Assembly: GCA_964593585.1 (NCBI GenBank)
Contig: CAZQIZ010000009.1
Span: 306-64,305, forward strand
DNA length: 64,000 nucleotides
Reading direction: 5' to 3'
Source of the DNA: an uncultured Ignavibacteria bacterium
GTDB taxonomy: Bacteria > Zixibacteria > MSB-5A5 > WJJR01
Shown here: positions 9,512 to 19,241 of the stretch, piece after piece
Layout of the letters: the number at the start of each line of letters is the position of its first letter
Position numbering within the stretch: the first letter of the stretch is position 1
Notes under the pieces: generated by a model
What the model saw: the letters and a program-made list of their open reading frames with translations, nothing else
Databases searched by the model: none
What the model was told of the DNA's origin: nothing
Translations under genes and position numbers: made by a program

Positions 9512-11347
9512 TCAGGGCACAGCCGTTTCACTCGACCCGCCCAGCGAATACAGGATGTCTGCATAGAATGCAAATGGCCGCAACCGGTCTCCGCTGCCGC
9601 GATACTCAATGGCGCGCAGGCAGACCTTGACCCTCATGCGCCCCTGCTCCGCGGTGACCGTCATCTTCTCCGCGTCGATTCGGCCTCCACTGAAGTCATC
9701 GAAATGGCTCAGTAGCGTGTCTGCCAATGGCCCGAGCGGGATGGAAAGCGAGTCGGCGTGTGTGTCACCATCATAGGCCGCGATGGTCATGACGCTGGTC
9801 GCGCTGTCGACCCGGCAGCGCACTTCGCCGGTGGTGTCGGCAGGGGTTGGAATCGCGGGATTGAAGCGACGCCCCATGAGCATGCGCTCATAGCCGGCCA
9901 CTGTCACGCTGGACTGCGGATCGGCGGACAACTCCAGGAAGGTCCGGCCGTCCAACCCCATCGCGCGCCGGTATTCGATGCCCAAAAGCCGGGTCACGTC
10001 GGCGGGGTTCTTCGGAATGCTGTCGCCGCGCGATGTCCTGCTGGCCAGCGATTCGCCGAACCAACCTTGGATCGCGTCATAACCGTGAACCTCACGCAAA
10101 TAACCGATGATGGCACTGATCTGAATCGCGTCGTCGGTCTCCACCGGCGACTGCGCCTTCTGAATCTTCGCGTCCGTCAGGATTTGATGTTTCTCCAAAA
10201 GCCCCCGCAGACGGTTCACCTGGCTTCGCTCCGACACCTGAAATGCTCCCCACGGGCCAAATGAAATCAGCAGGGCGATCAGTGCCAGCGACGCCGGGAT
10301 GACTTTAATGCTCTTGGCGCGGCTGGCGATGAAATAGATCGCCATCGCCGCCAGCCAGGCACCGAGCACATAGCCGATGAACCGTCCCTCCGTCAGACCG
10401 TAATCCGTGACCCGTCGCCTGATTGCCAGCATCAGCATCACAATCGGCGGAATCATGATGACCCAGAACCACCGCGCCGCCGCACGGATCCATCGGTTCT
10501 CCGTCCTTTCACGGATGGGATGCAAAAGCACCAGCGTCGCGATGCCCCCCGCGGCGAAAAACAGCGTCAGACGGCTCCCCCACCCGTGCGGCCAGTTCCA
10601 CTGGACGACGATCTTTCCCAGATACGCATAGAGGATGATCAGGTAGACAAACATCAGCGGCAGGAGAATGTACTGCGCGAAGACCTTCAGCCCCCTCGGG
10701 TAGTCGGCGACTTCGTCGAGCGCATCCAGCTTCTCTGGAATGCCCGCGAGGAAAAACCAAACGGCAAAGATGCCCACAATCAGAATCCAGAGTTCGCCGT
10801 AACGCCGTTCCGGCACGTCGATCCCGAACAGATTGTCCAGCGCCGCCAGCGCGATCGCCAGCCCCGCAAACAGCGTTGCGGAGAAGAGTCCGGCCACCAG
10901 TAGGCGGAAAAGCAGGGTCTTCCCATACTGCCAGAATCCGTTAATCTGTCCGGGTCGCAAGTATGGTCCCACGATCAGGAACTCGCCGAGAGCGACCAGC
11001 AGCAGCGCCAAACGTTGCGCGTGATACACCGGCGCATCCGACATGTCCATCGGCACCGTGAGACCGTAGCCGGTCAGCAGGAGCACACCGAGCAACTGCA
11101 TGGCCAGCGTCAGGTTCTTCGACCATTCCCGCCGCTCGGCCACCAGCACCGTCCCGGCCAAGAGCGGTAGGCCGAGAATCGCGCCGAAGAGCACCGGGTA
11201 GAAAATGCTCGGCCCTCCGGTCTCCTCGTTCTCCACCAATACCAGCGCTGCCAGCGTGCCAATCGCGGCGCAAACGATGACCAGCGGAAACCGCCGGAGT
11301 GTCCGCTGTGCCCCTTCAATGACTTGCTGGATGGACGGCAGTCTCAT
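9512..11347 (-). CDS. Polytopic integral membrane protein of unknown function (~10 or more TM helices) with a C-terminal soluble domain
   Basis: 611-aa ORF with GAGGTG RBS upstream of ATG at 11347. Long series of hydrophobic helices in the N-terminal 370 aa, soluble C-terminal ~240 aa. Confidence 0.7.
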   Translation of the reverse strand: MRLPSIQQVIEGAQRTLRRFPLVIVCAAIGTLAALVLVENEETGGPSIFYPVLFGAILGLPLLAGTVLVAERREWSKNLTLAMQLLGVLLLTGYGLTVPMDMSDAPVYHAQRLALLLVALGEFLIVGPYLRPGQINGFWQYGKTLLFRLLVAGLFSATLFAGLAIALAALDNLFGIDVPERRYGELWILIVGIFAVWFFLAGIPEKLDALDEVADYPRGLKVFAQYILLPLMFVYLIILYAYLGKIVVQWNWPHGWGSRLTLFFAAGGIATLVLLHPIRERTENRWIRAAARWFWVIMIPPIVMLMLAIRRRVTDYGLTEGRFIGYVLGAWLAAMAIYFIASRAKSIKVIPASLALIALLISFGPWGAFQVSERSQVNRLRGLLEKHQILTDAKIQKAQSPVETDDAIQISAIIGYLREVHGYDAIQGWFGESLASRTSRGDSIPKNPADVTRLLGIEYRRAMGLDGRTFLELSADPQSSVTVAGYERMLMGRRFNPAIPTPADTTGEVRCRVDSATSVMTIAAYDGDTHADSLSIPLGPLADTLLSHFDDFSGGRIDAEKMTVTAEQGRMRVKVCLRAIEYRGSGDRLRPFAFYADILYSLGGSSETAVP

Positions 11348-12115
11348 GGCGCACCTCGTGTCGGGATCCTGCGCTCGCGGCTCACGGCATTACTCTCATG
11401 CGGAGGGAGCTCGCCGCGTGGAGTCAAGGAATCAACCCGGAAATTCTCCACAAGGGGAAAGTTCGCGGCCAATTCAATCATGGGTGGCCCGGCGCCTGTG
11501 CGACGCGGGATTGATGGATGAGCAATGGCGAGGCAGCAAGACGGCCCGCAAAAAAGCGGGCCGCGACCGAATACCCCCGGCACGACCCGCAGACCATCCG
11601 TGGTCGATCCCGGAGAAGGGTGTTCCTGACGGTTATACGCTCGCATCGTCTTGCGCGTTACGATCGGACCACTGTGGTCATATTATGGCCGGATGATGAT
11701 CGCCATACCATCCCGAACGAAGTCCCAGATCTCCTCTCCCGGGGGCTCTTGATCACCTCGACACTGTCAGCAGTGATGCGCGACGAATCGGCGGAGGGCT
11801 CCATGGCCGCCGCCGTCGTCGTCGACGCCAGCGCGTAACCGGACACCAAGGCCAGCCGTCGCCATGCCATGCCCCTTTCGCACCCGAGCGCGCAATAGCG
11901 TCCGTACTAATGTGCATAGGATTCATCTGGCATGACCAAGCCGGTCTCACAATCAGGGGAGACCAGAATTTGTCATGGGCGGAGCGCGCGCACGGAGTAA
12001 GTCGAGATGAACCTGCGCCGGAATGGCGTAATTACTCTGTCGGACCCTTGTGCTCTCGTACCGTTTTTCCGACAGTTCACAACCGCAGACTGACATCGCT
12101 CCCGGGAGGTATTCC

Positions 12116-13699
12116 ATGCACAACGTGTGCCGATTCTCATCGCTGACCGCGGCGGTCGCTTTATCACTCCTGGCCATTGGCCCGGCCACGGCGGGCGCGC
12201 AAGGAATCACCAGCTTCACCGCATCCCCGTGCGTGCTCAGCGTGCAATGGCAGGCCGACGGCGATGCGGCGGGCGACTTCTTCGGCTTCTCTGTCGACGG
12301 TAACGCCGATTTCAACGGCGATGGCAAACCCGACATTCTGGTCGGCGCGATGCTGGGCGACATCGTGTATGGCTACTACATCAGTCCCATGGGTGTCTTC
12401 GAGCGCGGGGTCTGGTGGAACGGCGTCAGCGGATCGGATTTCGGCCGCTCGGTTCGCTTCCTCGGCGTGCCGGACAATGACCTGCACGGCACCGCTTCGG
12501 CTCTCATCGGCGCCCCGGGACACTCGGGCGCCGGGTTCGACAGTTGCGGCTTTGTCCACGAGCGCGGGCGCAGTAACCTCTTCGGCTGGATCGGGGAAGC
12601 GACGGGGGAGAAGCTGGGCTATTCGGTCGGCAACGTCGGCGATCTCGACGGTGATGGCTTCGATGAGATCATCGCCGGCGCTCCTGAGGCCGCGGGTGCG
12701 CTCGGTCCCCGCGCCGGCTACGTGCTCCTGCTGTCGCAGAATCCCGGCAGCGGCTACCTGATCCGTCGATATGATCGCGGCGTGCCGAATGAATTGTTCG
12801 GACGCGCCGTGGCCGGCGCCGGGGATGTCGACGCCGATGGTGTCAACGATGTCCTCATCGGCGCGCCGTACACATCCCGGATCGGTCCCGTGCTGCTGCC
12901 CGTCGGCGCCGCGTATGTCTATCGCACCGACGGCACCGTCATCTGGACGTTTTACGGCGAAACCGCGGGTGACTACTTCGGCAACAGCGTCGCCACCGCC
13001 GGCGACGTCAACGCCGACGGCCATCCCGACATCCTCGTCGGCGCCTGGCTCGCCGACGTCAACAGCATGCATGATGCCGGTGCCGCCTACGTCTATTCCG
13101 GCGCCGACGGTTCATTGCTCTACAGATTCGTGGGCGAGGGGCCGTCGCACTGCTTCGGCTACTCGGTGCGCGGTCTCGGCGACATCGATGCCGACGGCTA
13201 TGATGACTTCATCATCGGCGCCCACCGCGCCGATCTCAACGGCACCACCGACGGCGGCGCAGTCTATGTCTACTCCGGCCGATTGGGCAATTACCTCTGG
13301 ATCATTACCGGTCTGCACTCTGACGACATCTTCGGCGTCTCCGCCGCGGCCGCCGGCGACATGACCCTCGATGGCCACCCCGATTTCATCGTCGGCGCCT
13401 TCGGCACCGACCCCGACGGCCGCGTCGACGCCGGCTCCGCCTTTCTCTTCGGCTGCGCATGCGATTGCGCCTACAACGGCGACCCCGCCCATGACGGCAT
13501 CACCGATGTCCGCGATGTCGTGATCACCGTCGGCGTCGCCTTCCGCGGCACGGCCTCCGAGCAGGGCGTCAGTTGCCGCTACCAGGATCCGGACGTCAAC
13601 TGCTCCGGTGCCTGCGACGTCGTCGATGTCGTCAAGATGGTCAACGTCGCCTTCCGCGGCGGCAACCCGGCCACGGAATTCTGCGATCCCTGCCCGTAG
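12116..13699 (+). CDS. Secreted FG-GAP (integrin-alpha-type) beta-propeller repeat protein with the shared dockerin-like C-terminal module
   Basis: ATG 12116 after GGGAGGT. Signal peptide AAVALSLLAIGPATAGAQG. Repeated FGxSVxxAGDVNGDGxxDLxVGA motifs (GDFFGFSVDGNADFNGDGKPDILVGA, FGRAVAGAGDVDADGVNDVLIGAP, FGNSVATAGDVNADGHPDILVGA, FGYSVRGLGDIDADGYDDFIIGA, FGVSAAAAGDMTLDGHPDFIVGA). C-terminus CACDCAYNGDPAHDGITDVRDVVITVGVAFRG...DVNCSGACDVVDVVKMVNVAFRGGNPATEFCDPCP. Confidence 0.8.
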   Translation: MHNVCRFSSLTAAVALSLLAIGPATAGAQGITSFTASPCVLSVQWQADGDAAGDFFGFSVDGNADFNGDGKPDILVGAMLGDIVYGYYISPMGVFERGVWWNGVSGSDFGRSVRFLGVPDNDLHGTASALIGAPGHSGAGFDSCGFVHERGRSNLFGWIGEATGEKLGYSVGNVGDLDGDGFDEIIAGAPEAAGALGPRAGYVLLLSQNPGSGYLIRRYDRGVPNELFGRAVAGAGDVDADGVNDVLIGAPYTSRIGPVLLPVGAAYVYRTDGTVIWTFYGETAGDYFGNSVATAGDVNADGHPDILVGAWLADVNSMHDAGAAYVYSGADGSLLYRFVGEGPSHCFGYSVRGLGDIDADGYDDFIIGAHRADLNGTTDGGAVYVYSGRLGNYLWIITGLHSDDIFGVSAAAAGDMTLDGHPDFIVGAFGTDPDGRVDAGSAFLFGCACDCAYNGDPAHDGITDVRDVVITVGVAFRGTASEQGVSCRYQDPDVNCSGACDVVDVVKMVNVAFRGGNPATEFCDPCP

Positions 13700-13992
13700 G
13701 GCGCACGGCGTCAACTGGCAACGTGACCGGAAGGGGGAAGGCGCGCCGGAGGAATCTCGCGCGTTCACTCCAGTATGACCGAAACGGTCTTGTTTCGATT
13801 TCGACAGTGTCAAAACCGACGACCGACGCCGCACGGGCGCGCCGTTTTGACTTCGCCGTGCCAGTCCGGAGCGTAACTGCCATTGATGATGGCATCGGTA
13901 TGGACATTACCGACGCCATTCCGAGCACGTGACGTCGATTTCGCCGCAATGCCAGTTGTCGCCGAAGACGAGCGATACTCAGGGCGGGAGCC

Positions 13993-16365
13993 ATGAGACA
14001 CATCCTGCAGTGGGCCTTTGCCCTCACCGTGCTTGGGTCCACCTTGACGCTGGCGGCCGTCCCCACCACGCTCAATGACTTCTTACTCCCGGGCTCACAG
14101 CCGACCCAATCCGGCCAACTCGAAACACCGGACAAATGCGACAACTGCCACGGCGGCTATGATCCCGCCGTCGAGATGGCGTTCAATTGGCGCGGCAGCA
14201 TGATGGCCCAGGCCGCCCGCGACCCTCTCTACTTCGCCTGCCTGGCCATCGCCAACCAGGATGCGCCGGAAAGCGGCGATCTGTGCATCCGCTGCCACTC
14301 ACCGGCCGGCTGGCTGGAGGGCCGCTCGATCCCCACCGACGGTTCGGCGCTCAACCTCAATGACCGCCAGGGCGTCCAGTGCGACTTCTGCCACAAGTTC
14401 GTCAAGCCGACTCCGATTGGAACCAACCCGTATCCCGCTGACGCGTCTTACACTGCTGGCACCTACCCGCGTGATCAGATCTATCTGGGGAACATCGACC
14501 CAATCCCCACGCACTCGGCCAACGGCATGTATGTGGTGGACAGCGACAATTCCAAGCGCGGACCCTACACCGACCCAAACGCGAAACACCAGTTCTTCTA
14601 TTCGCCGTTTCATCGCGCTGCCGCCCTCTGTGGCACCTGCCATGATGTGTCCAACCCCGTCTACATGAAGGTGGCCGATCGCGACTACGTGCCTAACACC
14701 TTCGACCAGCCATCCCCCAGCTTCGATCCCTACACCATGTTTCCGATCGAGCGCACCTTCAGCGAATGGCTGATGAGTGATTACAACACCCCGGCCGGTG
14801 TCTACGCGCCGCAGTTCGGCGGCAACAAGCCCCACGTATCCACCTGCCAGGACTGCCACATGAAGGATGTCACCGGCGTCGGCTGCAACAAGGCCGGCAC
14901 CCCGACCCGTACCGACCTGCCGTTCCATGACATGACCGGCGGCAACACCTTCATGCCCGACATCGTCGCGGCGGTCTTTCCGGCCGAGGTCAATACAGCG
15001 GCGCTGGATGCCGGCGAGGCGCGCGCGCGCGGCATGCTGCAGAAAGCCGCTTCCATGGCGCTCTCTGCCACTTCTGGCGCTGGAATCCATGACCTGCGGG
15101 TCCGCATCACCAACGAAACCGGCCACAAGTTGCCGTCGGGCTATCCCGAAGGGCGACGCATCTGGATCAACGTGCGCGCCTTCGACATCACCGGGCTGCT
15201 GGTCTATGAATCCGGCGCCTACGATCCGGCCAGCGCGGTACTGTCTCATGACGCGCACGCCAAGATCTACGAGATCCATCCCGGCATTTCGTACAGCGCC
15301 AGTCCCATTCTCGGTCTGCCGCCGGGCAAGTCCTTCCACTTCGTCGTCAACGACACAATCTGGTCCGACAACCGCATCCCGCCGCGCGGTTTCACCAACG
15401 CCGACTTCGAGATGATCCAGTCGCCGGTGGTTGGATATGCCTATCCCGACGGTCAGTACTGGGACGACACGCACTACCCGGTTCCCGGGATTGCGCGCAC
15501 AATTATCGCCACGCTGTATTACCAGACCACATCGAAAGAGTACGTTGAGTTTCTCCGCGACGAGAATCGCTCGAACGACTGGGGCGACTCGCTCTACAAC
15601 CTATGGGCCGCGCACGGGAAATCCGCGCCGGTTTTGATGGTCTCCGACACTCTGCTGGTTGTGCCCACTGCCGGCGACACCGATGGCGACGGCATCCCCG
15701 ATGTGACCGATAACTGCCCGACGGTGCCCAACCCCGCACAACTCAACGCCGATGGCGACGCCTATGGCGCGGCGTGCGACTGCGACGACGCCAGCGCGCA
15801 GGTCTATCCCGGCGCGTCCGAGCTGTGCAACGGGATCGATGACAATTGCGACGGCCTTATCGACAGCAACGCGGTCAATGCGCCGACTTGGTATGCCGAC
15901 GCCGACAACGACACCTGCGGCAACCTGGCGATCACGAAGCTTCAATGCACTCAGCCGACCGGCTATGTCGCCAACAGCTCCGACTGCAATGATGGCAACG
16001 CGCAGGTCCATCCCGGCGCCCCCGAACTGTGCAACGGCATCGATGACAACTGCAACGATGTGACCGACGAAAGCTGCGAGTGCGTGTGCGCCTGCCACGC
16101 CGATCCCGTCTGCGACACGATCATCGTCAATGTTCTTGATGTCGTCAGCGTGGTCAACGAGGCCTTCCGCGGGGCAGTGGCGATCACCGACCCGACGCCA
16201 TGCGCCTACAGCCCGTCCGATGTCGATTGCAGCGGCCTGATTAGCGTGCTCGATGTCGTGCGTATTGTAAACGTCGCCTTCCGTGGGAACAACCCCGCCA
16301 CGGAGTTCTGTTCACCGTGCCCGCCGGCGACCGAGACCCGCGCCGGGTCGGGCTTAACGGACTAA
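13993..16365 (+). CDS. Secreted multiheme c-type cytochrome (5 CxxCH) fused to Cys-rich metal-binding-type repeats and the shared dockerin-like C-terminal module
   Basis: Signal peptide MRHILQWAFALTVLGSTLTLAA. Heme motifs CDNCHG, CIRCHS, CDFCHK, CGTCHD, CQDCHM. Later DTDGDGIPDVTDNCPTVPNPAQLNADGD and two C-D-C-D-D-x-x-A-x-V-x-P-G-A-x-E-L-C-N-G-I-D-D-N-C repeats (MopE-like putative metal-binding motif). C-terminus CECVCACHADPVCD...SDVDCSGLISVLDVVRIVNVAFRGNNPATEFCSPCP. Confidence 0.8.
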   Translation: MRHILQWAFALTVLGSTLTLAAVPTTLNDFLLPGSQPTQSGQLETPDKCDNCHGGYDPAVEMAFNWRGSMMAQAARDPLYFACLAIANQDAPESGDLCIRCHSPAGWLEGRSIPTDGSALNLNDRQGVQCDFCHKFVKPTPIGTNPYPADASYTAGTYPRDQIYLGNIDPIPTHSANGMYVVDSDNSKRGPYTDPNAKHQFFYSPFHRAAALCGTCHDVSNPVYMKVADRDYVPNTFDQPSPSFDPYTMFPIERTFSEWLMSDYNTPAGVYAPQFGGNKPHVSTCQDCHMKDVTGVGCNKAGTPTRTDLPFHDMTGGNTFMPDIVAAVFPAEVNTAALDAGEARARGMLQKAASMALSATSGAGIHDLRVRITNETGHKLPSGYPEGRRIWINVRAFDITGLLVYESGAYDPASAVLSHDAHAKIYEIHPGISYSASPILGLPPGKSFHFVVNDTIWSDNRIPPRGFTNADFEMIQSPVVGYAYPDGQYWDDTHYPVPGIARTIIATLYYQTTSKEYVEFLRDENRSNDWGDSLYNLWAAHGKSAPVLMVSDTLLVVPTAGDTDGDGIPDVTDNCPTVPNPAQLNADGDAYGAACDCDDASAQVYPGASELCNGIDDNCDGLIDSNAVNAPTWYADADNDTCGNLAITKLQCTQPTGYVANSSDCNDGNAQVHPGAPELCNGIDDNCNDVTDESCECVCACHADPVCDTIIVNVLDVVSVVNEAFRGAVAITDPTPCAYSPSDVDCSGLISVLDVVRIVNVAFRGNNPATEFCSPCPPATETRAGSGLTD

Positions 16366-16384
16366 GGGCAACAGGAGCTGTCCG

Positions 16385-17920
16385 ATGCGACACCATTTCC
16401 GATTGATTGTTCCCGTTCTGGGGCTGTTCCTAGGATTTGCAGCGCCGACAGCCTTTAGCGATACCCTGCCGATCGAATTATTCCGCGGCGCCGATGGTCA
16501 GATCGATGTCGCGGCGGTCCGCGACTCAAGTCTGAATCATGCGATCGACCTGACGGCGCTTTCCATCAGTGATCCACCGGCTGCCTCGAGGCTGGCGCCC
16601 TGCGCCTGGAGCGCCACGCCGACCGGCGTCAGCAATTGGGTCTACGCGCTGGCCACCCACAACAACGATCTCTATGCCGGAGGATTATTCACCACGGCCG
16701 GTGGCGCGACCGTCAATCGCATCGCGCGCTGGGACGGCGTCGCCTGGAATCCACTGGGCGGCGGCATGAACAGCGGCGTGCTCGCGTTGGCTTCCTTCGG
16801 CGACCTGCTGATCGCCGGCGGATCGTTCGCCGTTGTCGATGGCGACTCGATTCCGCGCATCGCGGCATGGGATGGCAGCGACTGGATTCCGCTGGGCTCC
16901 GGCATGAATGACCGTGTGTATGCGCTGACCGTCTACAACGGCCGGCTGATTGTCGGGGGGGACTTTACGCTCGCCGGCGGTGTCGCCGCCAGCCATGTCG
17001 CCGCGTGGGATGGGGTCGCGTGGAGTCCGCTCGCGGCCGGAATCAACGGCCGCGTCTACGCCTTTACCGCCTACGAGGGCCGTCTTATTGCCACCGGCGA
17101 GTTCAGCGAGGCCGGCGGTGCGCCCGCATCGAGCATCGCCGCCTGGGATGGCGTCTCATGGTCCGCCCTCGGCGATGGCATCCATCGCGTGGGCTATGCG
17201 CTGGCCGTCTACGGGTCCGAGCTCATTGTGGGCGGACAATTCACCGCCTCCGGCAATCAGCCCGGCCCCAATCTCGCGTCCTGGGATGGCACGACCTGGT
17301 CCACACTCGGCGGCGGTGTTGCCACCGCGGTCAACGCCCTCCTGGTCGACTCCGGTTCACTCTATGTGGGCGGCTGGTTTACCAGCGCCGGCGGCGCCCC
17401 GGCCCTGCGGGTTGCGCGCTGGGATGGCGCCGCCTGGAATGCCCTCGGCGGCGGGATGGGAAGCCCGGTCAATGCGCTTTCGCTCTATCAGGGCAATCTC
17501 ATTGCCGGCGGGATGTTCACGACCGCCGATGGTCTTTCCGTTGGATACATCGCGGGATGGAGCATGGATCGCGACGGCGACGGCGTCTGCGCCGGCGACA
17601 ACTGTCCCGACGTCTTCAACCCCGATCAGGCCGACAGCGACGGCAACGGCGTCGGCGATGCTTGCGAATCGTGTGCCTGCGACTGCCATGCCAATCCCGT
17701 CTGCGATCTGCCCGAGCCCGATGCGCGCTCGGTGATCGCGATCATGAACGTGGCCTTCCGCGCCTACCCCGACATCATCGATCCGTCGCCCACCTGTCCA
17801 TTTACCACGACCGATGTGGATTGCGATGGCGTCACCACGATTCTCGATGTTCAGCGCATGATCAACGTCGTCTTCCGCGCCGGCGATCCGGCGACGGAGT
17901 TCTGCCTTCCCTGCGACTGA
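16385..17920 (+). CDS. Secreted seven-bladed beta-propeller repeat protein (46-47-aa A-x-W-D-G-x-x-W-x-x-L-G-x-G repeats) with TSP3-like linker and the shared dockerin-like C-terminal module
   Basis: Signal peptide. Seven tandem repeats (RIARWDGVAWNPLGGGMN..., RIAAWDGSDWIPLGSGMN..., HVAAWDGVAWSPLAAGIN..., and so on). Then DRDGDGVCAGDNCPDVFNPDQADSDGNGVGDACE and CACDCHANPVCD...TDVDCDGVTTILDVQRMINVVFRAGDPATEFCLPCD. Confidence 0.75.
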   Translation: MRHHFRLIVPVLGLFLGFAAPTAFSDTLPIELFRGADGQIDVAAVRDSSLNHAIDLTALSISDPPAASRLAPCAWSATPTGVSNWVYALATHNNDLYAGGLFTTAGGATVNRIARWDGVAWNPLGGGMNSGVLALASFGDLLIAGGSFAVVDGDSIPRIAAWDGSDWIPLGSGMNDRVYALTVYNGRLIVGGDFTLAGGVAASHVAAWDGVAWSPLAAGINGRVYAFTAYEGRLIATGEFSEAGGAPASSIAAWDGVSWSALGDGIHRVGYALAVYGSELIVGGQFTASGNQPGPNLASWDGTTWSTLGGGVATAVNALLVDSGSLYVGGWFTSAGGAPALRVARWDGAAWNALGGGMGSPVNALSLYQGNLIAGGMFTTADGLSVGYIAGWSMDRDGDGVCAGDNCPDVFNPDQADSDGNGVGDACESCACDCHANPVCDLPEPDARSVIAIMNVAFRAYPDIIDPSPTCPFTTTDVDCDGVTTILDVQRMINVVFRAGDPATEFCLPCD

Positions 17921-17989
17921 TCCGTGTCTGGGCGCGGGACTGTTCCGCGTCCGGGAGCCACGCAGCGATTCTCGCTGTCTGACGATCGC

Positions 17990-18892
17990 CTACCGGACCG
18001 GCGGCAGCACGTGCATCCTCACGCCCATCCCGAATCGGCGGAAGACATCCAGCGGCGGCTCGGTGCCCTCCGTTTCGATCACGGGGCAGATGTCCTGACA
18101 GTTCTGGCCGCAAGTGCTGGTGGCATAGTACACACTGCCCTGCGCCTCGGGATGGAAGCGCATGGTAAAGGCCAGCACCGAATCGGCGGTGATCACCGGC
18201 AGGGGAAAGCGGAACTGCGCCGCACGGTTGTCATCGCTCAGTCCGCTTAGTTCGATCACACAACGACTCTGCCCGATCAATGCCCCGTCATACCGATCGG
18301 CGCGGCAATCCATCAGGATCGTGTACACTCCCGCCGCGCTCGATGACAGATTGAGCACAACCTCCGCCAAACGCCCCAGCGGAACCTGGGTGACATAAAA
18401 GCCACGGCGCACGTGATCGCCGCCGGTGCTGAACGGGCACTCGAAAGCGGTCGCCATCGCGAATTGATCGTAGGGCGTTGCCATCGCCGCGTTCGAGAGC
18501 TCCGACCAGTTGTCGTCCTCGTCCACCGCGCGCAGGACAAAACCGTAGACCGTGCCCCAGCCCAACCCCTCGACCTCAAAGGTGTCGACATCCCCGGCGC
18601 GCTTCGGCGCCCACTGGTGGACCACCGCCGTCATGCCGCTCCAGTCCATCGAGTCCAGATCCACCCGCCAGTATCGCAGATCGTACCCCGACGCCTTGCC
18701 GGCGCTGCTGTCGTCGCCGGGCGAGGTCCAGGCCAACGTCACGCTTGATCCCGACGAGTCGATCACGCGCAAATCGGTGATCGCCGCCGGTGCCACGATG
18801 TCATCCTCGCCCTCCTCATCGCCGCATCCGCCCAGCCACAAACCCGCGACCAAGAGCATGGCCGCCGCCGCTGCCCACCTCCCTGCCTTCAT
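17990..18892 (-). CDS. Lipoprotein with fibronectin-III-like domain, unknown function
   Basis: ATG at 18892 (minus strand) preceded by GGAGGT. Lipobox MKAGRWAAAAAMLLVAGLWLGGC. Segment VTLAWTSPGDD...GYDLRYW suggests FN3-like. The longer ORF-track start at 19027 lacks an RBS. Confidence 0.6.
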   Translation of the reverse strand: MKAGRWAAAAAMLLVAGLWLGGCGDEEGEDDIVAPAAITDLRVIDSSGSSVTLAWTSPGDDSSAGKASGYDLRYWRVDLDSMDWSGMTAVVHQWAPKRAGDVDTFEVEGLGWGTVYGFVLRAVDEDDNWSELSNAAMATPYDQFAMATAFECPFSTGGDHVRRGFYVTQVPLGRLAEVVLNLSSSAAGVYTILMDCRADRYDGALIGQSRCVIELSGLSDDNRAAQFRFPLPVITADSVLAFTMRFHPEAQGSVYYATSTCGQNCQDICPVIETEGTEPPLDVFRRFGMGVRMHVLPPVR

Positions 18893-19241
18893 GTCAACCT
18901 CCGGGGAAGTGAAGGTATTGTGATTACTGCCACTATCTACCGGCAATCCACCGACGCGCGCGGTGCCATGCCATCGCAGACAGCAGGGGAGAGTCGCCTC
19001 GACAACGGACCCAACAAATGACCGCATTCACTTTGTAGGCGAGAGATTTCGGGCAATCGTATGGGGTGCGACAACCTGGACAAACGGGAGTTATACTGTC
19101 CTGTACGCTTGATCGGGCGACCGACCTTGTACCGCTGACGCCGTCGCGCCGTCCTGATAACGGGCCCCCGGCACATCGGGGGCGAGGCGGCATTCGCGCC
19201 AGACCCATTACATCCACACTCCGCATCTGAAGGAGACAGAC

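Noticed and set aside
3069-17920. CxCxCH at the start of the shared C-terminal module as possible heme c sites
   Set aside because: Spacing is C-x-C-x-C-H, not C-x-x-C-H; none of the six copies forms a canonical CxxCH.
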